Positions 1-9,815 of a stretch of DNA of 64,000 nt are shown here, piece after piece. Below the pieces are notes generated by a model, which saw only the letters and a list, made by a program, of their open reading frames with translations, was not told the origin of the DNA and did not search any database. Each line of letters opens with the position of its first letter. The first letter of the stretch is position 1. The stretch lies in NCBI GenBank assembly GCA_965227515.1, contig CBDDFZ010000001.1:1952001-2016000 (forward strand), written 5' to 3'. Made by a program: the position numbers and the translations under genes. Source of the DNA: Alphaproteobacteria bacterium. GTDB lineage: Bacteria > Pseudomonadota > Alphaproteobacteria > CALKHQ01.

Positions 1-819
1 GCCGCCGGCAAGAACGTCTCGGTGCAAAAGCCGATGGCGCATTCGGTCGCCGATGCCGACGACATGTGCCGGGCGGCGGCGGATGCCGGCGTCGTGTTCA
101 AGGTGTTCGAGAATTTCGTTTTCTACCCGCCGGTGATGAAGGCGAAGGCGCTGATCGACGATGGCGCCATCGGCAAGCCCCTGTCGATCCGCATCAAGTC
201 CAACCCGGGCGTCAGCCGTGGCGCCTGGCCGATCCCGGCCTCCGCCGAGGCCTGGCGCTTCAATCCCGACACGTGCGGCGGCGGGCCGTTGGTGTTCGAC
301 GACGGCCACCACAAGTTCGCGCTCGGCTGGCACTTCATGGGCCAGGCCGAGGAAGTGCACGCCTGGATCGGCGAGACCAAGGTGCCGGCGGGCGTGCTGG
401 ACGCGCCGGCGATGATCTCGTGGCGGTTTTCGGAGGGGCGGTTCGGCAACATGGAGTGTGTCCACTCGCCCGGCCTGGAGGTCGACACTGCGACGTACCC
501 GCAAGACGACAAGGTGGAGATTACCGGCGAGGAAGGTGTCATCTGGATCACCCGCGGCCACGGCAAGATCGGCGATCAGCCGCCGGTGATCCTCTACCGG
601 AATGGCGAGACCACGGGCTTCTCCGACCTGGAGAGCCACTGGGAGTCGAGCTTCGTGCACTCCACCCGGCATTTCATCGACGTGCTGTGCGATGGCGGTG
701 TGCCCTCGCTGACCGGCGTTGAGGGCCGCGAGGTGCTGCGCTTCGCGCTCGCCGCCCTGAAGTCCGCGGAGTTGGGGCGCGCGGTGACCTTGGACGAAAC
801 CGCGCCTGCGCCGGGATAA
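1..819 (+). CDS. Gfo/Idh/MocA family oxidoreductase (5'-truncated by window edge)
   Basis: QKPMA motif (family EKP), GGGPLVFDDGHH motif; frame is open from the window start. Confidence 0.8.
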   Translation, partial: AAGKNVSVQKPMAHSVADADDMCRAAADAGVVFKVFENFVFYPPVMKAKALIDDGAIGKPLSIRIKSNPGVSRGAWPIPASAEAWRFNPDTCGGGPLVFDDGHHKFALGWHFMGQAEEVHAWIGETKVPAGVLDAPAMISWRFSEGRFGNMECVHSPGLEVDTATYPQDDKVEITGEEGVIWITRGHGKIGDQPPVILYRNGETTGFSDLESHWESSFVHSTRHFIDVLCDGGVPSLTGVEGREVLRFALAALKSAELGRAVTLDETAPAPG

Positions 820-831
820 GCACCGATGCCC

Positions 832-916
832 GTAGCCTGGGTGGAGCGCAGCGGAACCCGGGTTCGTCGCCACCTGCATTGTCAGTCCCCGGGTTTCACT
901 TCGTTTCACCCGGGCT
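832..916. repeat. GTAG-type REP doublet, interrupted at its right end by IS copy 1 (remainder at 2337-2344)
   Basis: GTAGCCTGGGTGGAGCGCAGCGGAACCCGGG...CCCGGGTTTCACTTCGTTTCACCCGGGCT|ACGGGCAT; similar doublets at 27276 and 56833. Confidence 0.85.
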
Positions 917-1180
917 TCTGTAACGGGCCATTGTTGGTCAATCCCTTTTTCGTCGTCCCGGCGCCTGGGTCATGCTTCTGTACGGGGTCGGCGCAGGGCC
1001 GCCGCCAAGATGGATATGCGAGGATCGGTCGGTCCAATCTACGGAAGCGTGCTCTCATGCGAGGCGACATCCCGGATGGCGGCCTGACCTGATCCATCGT
1101 CCCGGCGCGGGACGGCGCTCGACGGGCCGGTGTCGGTGCCCGTCGAAGCTCGTGTGTCGGTTCTCCTTATGCCGCGGCCA
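917..1180 (-). ncRNA. Putative bridge/seekRNA region of IS copy 1
   Basis: Non-coding 3' end of the IS with guide-like matches to target (1069-1078, 1039-1044) and donor junction (1008-1013, 975-982); exact RNA ends unknown. Confidence 0.75.
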
Positions 1181-2224
1181 TCATGCTGTCGCCATCGCCG
1201 GGCGCACCGGTCCGGCATGGTTGAACGGTGTGCCGTCAACCCACATCCGGTGCATGATCACGGCGAGCCGGCGCGCCAGCGCGACCTTCGCCTTCCTCAT
1301 GCCCGCACGCCTGGCCAGCTTCATCGCCCAGCTCTTCAGCCAGCCGCCCTCGATCGGCCGGGTCAGAACCACGTGTGCCGCCTCATAGAGGGCCGAGCGC
1401 ACATCGGCGTCCCCTACCTTCGATATCCGCCCCATCACCTCGCTCTCGCCCGACTGGCGCTTGGTCGGCGTCAGGCCGAAGTGCGCACCCACCAGGCGCG
1501 ACGAGGCAAACCGCCCGGGGTCGTCCACTCCCGACAAGTAGGTCAGTCCGACAATGCTCCCCACGCCCGGCACCGTCATCAGCAGGCGAGCGCGATCGTC
1601 GGCCTGCGCCGCCGCCCGGACCTGCCGGTCCAGCGCCGTGAACGATAGCAACAGGCCATCGCGTGCCGACAGCAGCGCCCCCGCCACCGCCTCCAGTACC
1701 GGATGCCCCGCCACAAGCTCCGAAATACGTGTCGAAAAGCTGCGCCTGGTGGTGTGCCCTACCTTCAGCCCGAAGTTCCGCAGCTGACCACGAAGGTGCA
1801 TCTCAAGATCGTGCAGCTTCGCGCGGAGCTGGTCGCGACCCTTCAAAAGGGCCCGCATCTCCTGGGCCGCCAAAGACTTGCAGTGAACCGGACGAAACCA
1901 GCCCACACGCATCAGCTGAGCAATCCCGCGTGCGTCCGAGCGGTCCGACTTCACCGGCATCGTCGAAAGCGCTCGCGCAACATGACGCGTCTCCAGCAAC
2001 TCAACCGAAAGACCGCCCTCGCTACATCCCCGCACAAGCCATTGCGACAACGGCCCCGCCTCAAGACCAATCCGCTCAACCGAAATCCCCAAAGACCCAA
2101 ACCACAACAACAAACCCGCCGGCGTGCTCGCAATACGAGCCTCGCAGACAATCCCGCCCGCGCCGTCAACAACGCACACCGATGACCATTCCAAAGAAAC
2201 GTCAATCCCGGCATAGTAGTTCAT
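1181..2224 (-). CDS. IS110-family DEDD transposase/recombinase (347 aa)
   Basis: MNYYAGIDVS (D), IGLEAG (E), KSDRSDA (DD); C-terminal GLTPTKRQSG with catalytic Ser; RBS GAGGAG before ATG. Confidence 0.95.
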   Translation of the reverse strand: MNYYAGIDVSLEWSSVCVVDGAGGIVCEARIASTPAGLLLWFGSLGISVERIGLEAGPLSQWLVRGCSEGGLSVELLETRHVARALSTMPVKSDRSDARGIAQLMRVGWFRPVHCKSLAAQEMRALLKGRDQLRAKLHDLEMHLRGQLRNFGLKVGHTTRRSFSTRISELVAGHPVLEAVAGALLSARDGLLLSFTALDRQVRAAAQADDRARLLMTVPGVGSIVGLTYLSGVDDPGRFASSRLVGAHFGLTPTKRQSGESEVMGRISKVGDADVRSALYEAAHVVLTRPIEGGWLKSWAMKLARRAGMRKAKVALARRLAVIMHRMWVDGTPFNHAGPVRPAMATA

Positions 2225-2858
2225 GGTCGTCTCTCCTCGATGTCTTGGAGCGGCAAACCCGACTCCGTGTATGACACCGACATCTTGAGGGACGACCACT
2301 CATGCACGCCACCAAACAAGGGCCGTTAGCCCATCTACGGGCATGAAGGTCCGCCATCTCGGCCAACTTGGCGACAGTGTTGAGGTTGCGGCCGGTGCCC
2401 GTGGCGGCGGCGGGAATGACGAGTTTCGATGGGCCCTGGCCGTCCGGGTAATGGACGTAGATTTCGCGTTCCCCAAGCGCGATCTCCTCGTTCTTGAAGC
2501 CCCTGGCGGTTTCCGCGGCGTCGTCGGGCGGCGGTTGGTCAAGAAACAGCACGATGACCCGGTTCGGCGCGGCGTCCCGGAACGGGTTGCCGGCGAGCAC
2601 CCGCGCCATTTCGGCGGACGTGCGCAGCACCACGCCCACCGGCTTGCCTGTGTGGGCTTCCAGCCGCGATTCCAGCGCTACTTTCACTTGGGCACGCGAC
2701 ACGTCGGCCGTGAACACGACGTTGCCGATGGCGATGTAGGTGCGGGCGCCGGTGAAGCCCGCATCCGCGCATATCTGGCGCAGGTCGACCATCGCGAGCT
2801 TGCCGGTGCCGCCGACGTTCACCGCGCGGAGGAGGGCGATGTAGGTTTGGGCGGTCAT
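2202..2858 (-). CDS. DUF1697 family protein (C-terminus altered by IS insertion)
   Basis: YIALLRAVNVGG, TYI.xGNVVF and TGRNLNTV.KL motifs. Confidence 0.85.
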   Translation of the reverse strand: MTAQTYIALLRAVNVGGTGKLAMVDLRQICADAGFTGARTYIAIGNVVFTADVSRAQVKVALESRLEAHTGKPVGVVLRTSAEMARVLAGNPFRDAAPNRVIVLFLDQPPPDDAAETARGFKNEEIALGEREIYVHYPDGQGPSKLVIPAAATGTGRNLNTVAKLAEMADLHARRWANGPCLVACMSGRPSRCRCHTRSRVCRSKTSRRDDHELLCRD

Positions 2859-2869
2859 CTCTTCACCGT

Positions 2870-2979
2870 CGTCATTGCGAGGAGCGCCAACTGGCGCGAC
2901 GCGGCAATCCAGAGCAACGCATCCGCATTCACGGCAATCGCCTGGATCGCCGCGCCGCTTTCAGCGGCTCGCGATGACG
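2870..2979. repeat. CGTCATTGCGAG-type palindromic intergenic repeat
   Basis: CGTCATTGCGAGGAGCG...GCGGCAATCCA...TGGATCGCCGCG...CTCGCGATGACG; related copies at 26197 and 62181. Confidence 0.8.
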
Positions 2980-2990
2980 CCAATGTGAGA

Positions 2991-4940
2991 CTACCCCGCG
3001 GTCAGGTACCCGCGCTCTTCAAGGTAGGCGACGATGCGTTCGGCCAATGCCTCGGCGTCGTCCTCGGCGGTGTTGACCGTGATCTCCGGGTTCTCCGGCG
3101 CTTCGTAGGGCGCGGAGATGCCGGTGAAGTTCTTGATCTCGCCGCGCTCGGCCTTGGCGTAGAGCCCCTTCACGTCGCGCGCCTTGCAGACCTCAAGCGG
3201 GGTGTCGACGAAGATCTCGATGAACTCGCCGTCCTCCACCAGCTCGCGCGCCATCCGGCGCTCGGCCCGGTAGGGCGAGATGAACGACACCAGCACGATG
3301 GTGCCTGAGTCCACGAACAGCTTCGCCACCTCGCCGATGCGGCGGATGTTCTCCACCCGGTCGGCTTCCGAGAACGACAGGTCCCGGTTCAGCCCGTGCC
3401 GCACGTTGTCGCCGTCCAGCAACTGGGTGTGGCGGCCACGCGCGTGCAGCGCCTTTTCGACCAGGTTGGCGACCGTCGATTTGCCGGACCCCGACAACCC
3501 GGTGAACCACAGCACCACCGGACGCTGGCCCTTCAGCCGGGCGCGCGCCCCCTTGTCGACGTCGAGCGCCTGCAGGTGGATGTTGGCCGCGCGCCTCAGC
3601 GCGAAGCGCACCATGCCGGCGCCGACGGTGGCGTTGGTGTAGCGGTCGATCAGGATGAACGACCCGGTGTCGCGCACCCGCTCATAGGCGTCGAACGCCA
3701 CCGGCTCGGCCAGCGCCAGGTCGCAGAGCGCGATCTCGTTCAGCTCCAGCGTCTTGCCGGCCAGCCGGTCGAACGAGTTGACGTCGGTCTTGTATTTGAT
3801 GTCGGTGATGTGGGCGGCGACCGTGCGGGTGCCGATGCGCATCATGTAGGAGCGCCCGGGGATCATCGGCTCGTCGTTCATCCACACGATCTCGGCCGCC
3901 ATCAGGTCGGCGACATCCGGCCGGTCGGTGTCGGCCGCCAGCATGTCGCCGCGTGCGATGTCCAGCTCGCGGTCCAGCGTCAGGGTCACCGCGTCGCCGG
4001 CGAACGCCTCGTCCAGGTCGCCGTCCATGGTGACGATGCGGTCAACTGCCGCCGGCTTGCCGTTGTCGGCCACCACGATGCCATCACCCGGCGCCACCCG
4101 GCCGCTGGCGATGGTGCCGCTGTAGCCGCGGAAATCCTGGTTCGGGCGGTTCACCCACTGCACCGGCATGCGGAACGGCAGATCGTCGGCGGTCTGGCCG
4201 ATCGGCACCGTCTCCAGGAAGCCCAGCAGGTGCGGGCCGTGATACCAGGGCATGCGCTCGCTGGAGCGGACCACGTTGTCGCCATAGCGCGCCGACATCG
4301 GGATCGCGACCACGGTCTGGAACGCCATGTTGCTGGCGAACGCGCCGAAGTCGGCAACGATGCGGTCGAACACCTGGCGGTCGAAGTCGACCAGGTCGAT
4401 CTTGTTCACTGCCAGCACCACGTTGCGGATGCCGAGCAGGTTGGCGATGTAGGCGTGGCGCCGGGTCTGGGTCAGCACGCCCTTGCGCGCGTCGACCAGG
4501 ATAACCGCCACCTCGGCGGTCGACGCCCCAGTCGCCATGTTGCGGGTGTACTGCTCGTGGCCCGGCGTGTCGGCGACGATGAACTTGCGCCGGTCGGTGG
4601 CGAAGAAGCGATAGGCGACGTCGATGGTGATGCCCTGCTGGCGCTCCGCCTCCAGGCCGTCGACCAGCAGCGCCAGGTCGATGTCGTCGCCGGTGGTGCC
4701 ATGCTTGCGGCTGTCGTTTTCCAGGGCCGCCAGATGGTCCTCGAACAGCACCCGGCTGTCATAGAGCAGGCGGCCGATCAGGGTCGACTTGCCGTCGTCG
4801 ACGCTGCCGCAGGTCAGGAACCGCAGCAGCTCCTTGTCTTCCTGCGCAGCCAAGTATTTGGCGACCGCCTCGGCGCTGTCCTTCTGCGCGTCGGGCGACA
4901 CGACGGTCAATGTGGGCGTGAGCTTGGGTGAGGTGCTCAA
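2991..4940 (-). CDS. cysNC: Bifunctional sulfate adenylyltransferase subunit 1 / APS kinase
   Basis: [21 protein letters not shown] GTPase motif; C-terminal [12 protein letters not shown] and [13 protein letters not shown] kinase motifs; TTG start overlaps the cysD stop. Confidence 0.95.
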   Translation of the reverse strand: MSTSPKLTPTLTVVSPDAQKDSAEAVAKYLAAQEDKELLRFLTCGSVDDGKSTLIGRLLYDSRVLFEDHLAALENDSRKHGTTGDDIDLALLVDGLEAERQQGITIDVAYRFFATDRRKFIVADTPGHEQYTRNMATGASTAEVAVILVDARKGVLTQTRRHAYIANLLGIRNVVLAVNKIDLVDFDRQVFDRIVADFGAFASNMAFQTVVAIPMSARYGDNVVRSSERMPWYHGPHLLGFLETVPIGQTADDLPFRMPVQWVNRPNQDFRGYSGTIASGRVAPGDGIVVADNGKPAAVDRIVTMDGDLDEAFAGDAVTLTLDRELDIARGDMLAADTDRPDVADLMAAEIVWMNDEPMIPGRSYMMRIGTRTVAAHITDIKYKTDVNSFDRLAGKTLELNEIALCDLALAEPVAFDAYERVRDTGSFILIDRYTNATVGAGMVRFALRRAANIHLQALDVDKGARARLKGQRPVVLWFTGLSGSGKSTVANLVEKALHARGRHTQLLDGDNVRHGLNRDLSFSEADRVENIRRIGEVAKLFVDSGTIVLVSFISPYRAERRMARELVEDGEFIEIFVDTPLEVCKARDVKGLYAKAERGEIKNFTGISAPYEAPENPEITVNTAEDDAEALAERIVAYLEERGYLTAG

Positions 4941-5845
4941 AAGTAGCCCTCCCGCTTCTTCTTTTCCATGGAGGCACTGTCGTCGTGGTCGATCAGCCGA
5001 CCCGACCGCTCGGAGGTCTGGGCGGTCAGCATCTCGCGCACGATGCCGTGCAGGTCGTCGGCGTCGGACTGGATCGCGCCGGTCAGCGGATAGCAGCCCA
5101 GGGTGCGGAACCGCACCTGCCGCATCTCCGGCGTCTCGCCATCGGCCATCGGCAGGCGGTCGTCGTCGGCCATGATCAGCATGCCGTCTCGTTCCACCAC
5201 CGGGCGTTTCTTGGCGTAGTAGAGCGGCACGATGGGGATGTCCTCGGCCAGGATGTACTGCCAGATGTCGAGCTCGGTCCAGTTCGACAGCGGGAACACC
5301 CGGATCGACTCACCCGGCTTCACCCGCGTGTTGTAGAGCCGCCAGAGCTCCGGGCGCTGGTTCTTCGGGTCCCAGGTGTGGGTGGCGGTGCGGAACGAGA
5401 ACACGCGCTCCTTGGCGCGGCTCTTCTCCTCGTCGCGGCGGGCGCCGCCGAACGCGGCGTCGAACTTGTAGTGGTCCAGCGCCTGCTTCAGCGCGTCGGT
5501 CTTCATCACCTGGGTGTAGAGCGCCGAGCCGTGGTCGAACGGGTTGATGCCGCGCGCCTTGCCGTCCTGGTTGGTGTGGACGATCAAGTCCATGCCGGCA
5601 TCCTTCGCCGCCTTGTCGCGGAACTCGATCATCTCGCGGAACTTCCACGTCGTGTCGACATGGAGCAGCGGGAACGGCGGGCGGGAGGGGTGGAACGCCT
5701 TCCGCGCCAGGTGAAGCATCACCGAGGAATCCTTGCCGATGGAGTAGAGCATCACCGGGTTGCGGAACGACGCCGCCACCTCTCGGATGATGTCGATGCT
5801 CTCGGATTCCAGGCGTTGCAAATGGGAGCGGCGCTGCATGGCCAT
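4937..5845 (-). CDS. cysD: Sulfate adenylyltransferase subunit 2
   Basis: [26 protein letters not shown] and [11 protein letters not shown]; 302 aa from ATG 5845. Confidence 0.95.
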   Translation of the reverse strand: MAMQRRSHLQRLESESIDIIREVAASFRNPVMLYSIGKDSSVMLHLARKAFHPSRPPFPLLHVDTTWKFREMIEFRDKAAKDAGMDLIVHTNQDGKARGINPFDHGSALYTQVMKTDALKQALDHYKFDAAFGGARRDEEKSRAKERVFSFRTATHTWDPKNQRPELWRLYNTRVKPGESIRVFPLSNWTELDIWQYILAEDIPIVPLYYAKKRPVVERDGMLIMADDDRLPMADGETPEMRQVRFRTLGCYPLTGAIQSDADDLHGIVREMLTAQTSERSGRLIDHDDSASMEKKKREGYF

Positions 5846-6002
5846 CGTGTCTTTCGGTCTTTTGTGCAGGTGCGAAGGGAGGGCTTGCCCCAATGCGCCG
5901 GTACAGTCAAGCACAGCCGTAGGATTGATGACATAGGTCACGACGTAGGAACGGCAATCGCCCAGCTTCTTTTGCGCCCGTCGCCGTGCCATAGTCCGGC
6001 CC

Positions 6003-7439
6003 ATGCTGACAGACGCCCACGATACCGGGCTGGCCGCGGGCCAGCCGGCGCCCCGCCTGCGTGCCGGGTGGGTGGGCGAGGTGCGCCCGCTGCTGACGCT
6101 GGCCGCACCCATGATCCTGCTGCAACTGGCGCAGATGGCGATCGGCGCCACCGACGTGCTGATGATGGGCTGGCTGGGGCAGGACGCGCTGGCCGCCGGC
6201 GCGCTCGGCGCCCATGCCCATCACGCGCTCTACCTCTTCGGGCTGGGCGTGTGCGTGTCGGTCTCCGCGCTGGCGTCGCAGGCCCTGGGGGCGCATCGGC
6301 GGCGCGAGGTGCGGCGCATCGTGCGCCATGGGCTTTACGTGGCCGCCATCATCACCGCGCCCTTGGCGCTGATCCTGGCCTTCTTCGGGCCGATCGCGCG
6401 GCTGCTCGGCCAGCCCGACGACATGGTCGCCACCGCCGCGCCCTATGTCTGGATCATGGCGGCCGGCCTGCTGCCCAGCCTGGGCTTCGTGGTACTGCGC
6501 AGCTTCTGCGGCGCGCTCGACCGGCCGACGGTGCCGATGACGGTGATGATCCTGGCCATCGGCGCCAATGCGCTGCTGAACTATGTGCTGATGTTCGGCC
6601 ATTTCGGCCTGCCGCGGCTGGAACTGATCGGCGCGGGCATCGCCAGCGTGGTGGTGGAATGGGCCATGTTCCTTGGCCTGCTGGTGTTCGTGGTCCGCGA
6701 CCGCCGGTTCCGGCGCTACACGATCCTGGTCCGCTTCTGGCGGGTGGAATGGCACCGCATCCGCCAGATCCTGCAGGTCGGCCTGCCCATCGGGGCTGCG
6801 ATCCTGATGGAGGCCGCCATGTTCACCGCCGCCATCTTCCTGATGGGCGTGATCGGCAAGGCCTCGGTGGCGGCGCACCAGATCGCCATCCTGTGCGGCG
6901 CCATCACCTTCAACATTCCGCTGGGCCTGGCGCAAGCCACCACCATCCGGGTCGGTCATGCCGCCGGCCGGCGCAATCGGCCGAGGATCAGGTCCATCGG
7001 GATCGCCGGCCACGTGCTCAGCGGCGCCTTCATGACCGCGATGGCAGTGATGTTCATCGCGATACCGGAGACGCTGGCCGGCCTGTTCCTGGATGCGTCG
7101 GTGGAGGAGAACCGGCCGGTGATCGACCTCGCGGTGACGTTCCTGTTCGTGGCCGCGCTGTTCCAGGTGGTCGACGGCGCGCAGGTGATCAGCCAGAACT
7201 GCTTGCGCGGCCTGAAGGACACGCGCACGCCGATGCTCATCGCCATTGCCGGCTATTGGGGCATCGGCTTTCCGGTCTGCGCCCTGCTGGGCCTGGCCAC
7301 CGACCTGGATGGCATCGGCGTGTGGATCGGGCTGGCGCTCGGGCTTGCCGTGGCGGCGGTGGCGTTGACCGTCCGGTTCGTGCGGGAAACCTCGCCGGAG
7401 CGGATCGGCCACTGGTTCGCGCTGGTCGACAGGTCATGA
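6003..7439 (+). CDS. MATE family efflux transporter (NorM-like)
   Basis: About 12 TM segments; [20 protein letters not shown] and LRGLKDT motifs. Confidence 0.9.
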   Translation: MLTDAHDTGLAAGQPAPRLRAGWVGEVRPLLTLAAPMILLQLAQMAIGATDVLMMGWLGQDALAAGALGAHAHHALYLFGLGVCVSVSALASQALGAHRRREVRRIVRHGLYVAAIITAPLALILAFFGPIARLLGQPDDMVATAAPYVWIMAAGLLPSLGFVVLRSFCGALDRPTVPMTVMILAIGANALLNYVLMFGHFGLPRLELIGAGIASVVVEWAMFLGLLVFVVRDRRFRRYTILVRFWRVEWHRIRQILQVGLPIGAAILMEAAMFTAAIFLMGVIGKASVAAHQIAILCGAITFNIPLGLAQATTIRVGHAAGRRNRPRIRSIGIAGHVLSGAFMTAMAVMFIAIPETLAGLFLDASVEENRPVIDLAVTFLFVAALFQVVDGAQVISQNCLRGLKDTRTPMLIAIAGYWGIGFPVCALLGLATDLDGIGVWIGLALGLAVAAVALTVRFVRETSPERIGHWFALVDRS

Positions 7440-8170
7440 CCCGCGCCGATGTCGCCCTGGTCGAGCGTGGCCTCGCGGTGTCGCGGGCCAAGGCACAGGC
7501 GCTGATCCGCCAGGGCTGCGTGGTGCTGGACGGCGCGCCGGTGGCGCGGCCGAACCAGCCGGTGGCGATGGGTGCTGCGCTGGCCGTGGTGGACGATCCC
7601 TGCCCATGGGTGTCGCGCGGCGCGTTGAAGCTGGTCCATGCGCTCGACCGTTTCGGGCTTGAGGCCAGTGGGCGGGTGGCGGCGGACATTGGCGCCTCCA
7701 CCGGCGGCTTTACCGAGGTGCTGCTGAGCCGGGGCGCCAGCCGCGTCTACGCCATCGATGCCGGGCACGGCCAGTTGGCGGCGTCGCTGGCTGGCGACCC
7801 AAGGGTGGTGTCGATGGATAGGACCAACGCGCGCCACCTGGCGCCCGGTGCGATCCCGGAGCCGCTTGGCGCCGTCGTCTGCGATGTCAGTTTCATCAGC
7901 GCCACCAAGGTGCTGGGCCCGGTGGTGGCGCAGGCCGCACCGGACGCCTGGGCGGTGGTGCTGATCAAGCCGCAGTTCGAACTGGCGCCGGAGCACATCG
8001 GCAAGGGCGGCATCGTGCGCGACCCGGCGTTGCGGCAGCAGGCATGCGACGCCGTCGAGCTCTGGTGGGGCGAGCAGCCGGGCTGGCGCGTGCTGGGCGT
8101 GATCGACAGCCCGATTGCCGGCGGTGACGGCAACGCGGAGTTCCTGCTCGCCGCGATCTCAAATGCCTAG
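7436..8170 (+). CDS. tlyA: TlyA family rRNA 2'-O-methyltransferase
   Basis: S4 domain, WVSRGALKL, DIGASTGGFT, DVSFIS, LIKPQFE and GDGNAEFL; ATGA overlap with the MATE stop. Confidence 0.93.
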   Translation: MTRADVALVERGLAVSRAKAQALIRQGCVVLDGAPVARPNQPVAMGAALAVVDDPCPWVSRGALKLVHALDRFGLEASGRVAADIGASTGGFTEVLLSRGASRVYAIDAGHGQLAASLAGDPRVVSMDRTNARHLAPGAIPEPLGAVVCDVSFISATKVLGPVVAQAAPDAWAVVLIKPQFELAPEHIGKGGIVRDPALRQQACDAVELWWGEQPGWRVLGVIDSPIAGGDGNAEFLLAAISNA

Positions 8171-9479
8171 AGGGAGACGGGGACCGCCCCGGCGCAAGAA
8201 GCTGGCCGACGCCGGCAAGGTCGTGGAGCTGACCGTCGAGCGGCTGGGCGCCCAGGCCGACGGTATCGCGCGCCACGATGGCAAGACGATCTACGTCGCG
8301 GGCGCACTGCCGGGCGAGGCGGTGACGGCCAGGATCGTGGACCGGCGGGGCGACGGGCTGGTGGCGACGCTTGAGGCGGTGGCGGAGCCGTCGCCCCAGC
8401 GGATCGCGCCGGTCTGCCCGCATTTCGGCACCTGCGGCGGCTGCGCGCTGCAGCATCTCGCGCCGGATGCGGTGGCCGACTGGCGGCGCGACCAGGTGGC
8501 CCAGGCGTTGGCGCGGCGAGGGTTCGACGTGCCGCTGGAAGTACACACGCCCGGTGCGGCGACGCGCCGGCGGCGGGCGCGGTTTGCCTTGGCAGTCGGG
8601 CGGGACGGCCGCGTGCGGGTGGGCTTCCACGGCCGGCGCCAGCGCCAAGTGGTTGCCGTCGATACCTGCCCGCAGGTCGACGGGCGGCTGCTGGCGGCGG
8701 CTCAGACGCTTGCTGCGGCATTGTCCGGGCATGTTGGTCCGCGCGGTCCGGTGGACGTCGCTGCGACGTTGCCCGACACCGGCATCGACCTGCTGCTGGT
8801 CGGTCCGGCGGACCTGTCCGCGCCGGCCCGGCTGGCGCTCGCAGGCTGTTCCGGCGACGGCGATATCGCGCGCCTGTCATGGCAGCCCGACGACAACGCG
8901 GCGTCGGAGCCGCTGGCCGTCCATCGCGCGCCCATGGTGACGTTCGATGGCGTGGCGGTCGACGTCCCGCCGGGCGGCTTCCTGCAACCGACGGCAGCGG
9001 GCGAGGCGTGCCTCGCCGGGATTGTCACCGAGGCCGTGGCCGGCGCCCAGCGCGTGGTCGACCTGTTCGCCGGTCTCGGCACCTTCAGCCTGCCGCTATC
9101 GAGAGGCGCGAACATCGTGGCGTTCGAGGGCGATGCGACGCTGGTGGCCGCGCTGAAACAGGCGGCGGGCCGGGCCGGCCGCGGCGGGCGGCTGAGCGCT
9201 CATGTCCGCGACCTGGAACGCCAGCCCTTGCCGGCGAAGGACTTCGCCAAGGCCGATGCCGTGGTGCTGGACCCGCCCCGCACCGGTGCGCCGGCGCAGT
9301 GCCATGCGCTGGCTGGAGCCGGCGTGCCGCTGATCGTGATGGTGTCGTGTCACCCGGCGACATTCGCACGCGACGCCCGCACGCTGGCCGATGGCGGCTA
9401 CACGCTGGAGCGGGTCAGCGTCGTCGACCAGTTCGGCTGGTCGCACCACACCGAACTGGTCGGCGTCTTCAAGCGGTAG
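8163..9479 (+). CDS. 23S rRNA m5U methyltransferase (RlmD/TrmA family)
   Basis: TRAM domain, CPHFGTCGGCALQH Fe-S motif, DLFAGLGTF, LDPPRTG, VSCHPATFARD and HTE. Confidence 0.9.
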   Translation: MPRGRRGPPRRKKLADAGKVVELTVERLGAQADGIARHDGKTIYVAGALPGEAVTARIVDRRGDGLVATLEAVAEPSPQRIAPVCPHFGTCGGCALQHLAPDAVADWRRDQVAQALARRGFDVPLEVHTPGAATRRRRARFALAVGRDGRVRVGFHGRRQRQVVAVDTCPQVDGRLLAAAQTLAAALSGHVGPRGPVDVAATLPDTGIDLLLVGPADLSAPARLALAGCSGDGDIARLSWQPDDNAASEPLAVHRAPMVTFDGVAVDVPPGGFLQPTAAGEACLAGIVTEAVAGAQRVVDLFAGLGTFSLPLSRGANIVAFEGDATLVAALKQAAGRAGRGGRLSAHVRDLERQPLPAKDFAKADAVVLDPPRTGAPAQCHALAGAGVPLIVMVSCHPATFARDARTLADGGYTLERVSVVDQFGWSHHTELVGVFKR

Positions 9480-9499
9480 TTGAATGGCTGCCTGTCGCC

Positions 9500-9533
9500 A
9501 AAAAGGGCGCCTGCTTGCGCAAGCGCCCCTTTC
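9500..9533. terminator. Putative bidirectional hairpin terminator
   Basis: AAAAAGGGCGC...GCGCCCCTTT between convergent ORFs. Confidence 0.5.
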
Positions 9534-9567
9534 TGAACATCCTGTCAATCGAGAGGTAGCGGTATCG

Positions 9568-9660
9568 CTACTTCTTCGGGCCGCCCTGCTGCTGGCCAGG
9601 CTTGGCGGGCGCGCCGCCCTTCTGGCCCTTGTTTGCTGCACCAGGTTTGCTGTTCGGCAT
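9568..9660 (-). CDS. Candidate 30-aa basic low-complexity microprotein
   Basis: MPNSKPGAANKGQKGGAPAKPGQQQGGPKK; GGAG RBS 9 nt upstream, AT-rich upstream region, downstream hairpins. Confidence 0.5.
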   Translation of the reverse strand: MPNSKPGAANKGQKGGAPAKPGQQQGGPKK

Positions 9661-9815
9661 TTGCGTTTGCTCCAATGGTCGGCGACCAATTCGCCAACCA
9701 ATTTTCACATGGTCTGCTTGAGGCGGAACGCAATCACCGCCAGAAAATATTTTTTTGTTTTGCGCATCCAAGTAGATCGCGGCCAACAACTTGGCCCGCC
9801 CGATCCGGCGCCAGG

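Larger units (their letters stand above)
915..2336 (-). mobile_element. IS110-family (IS1111-type) insertion sequence, copy 1
   Basis: Reverse complement of 55411-56832; 1418 bp body flanked on both sides by a CT core; imperfect subterminal inverted repeats (TAACGG..TTGGT); no target site duplication beyond the 2-nt core. Confidence 0.95.

Noticed and set aside
4928-8170. 1080-aa ORF
   Set aside because: High-GC shadow frame; only the last 244 aa (TlyA) are real, and the rest overlaps cysD and the MATE gene
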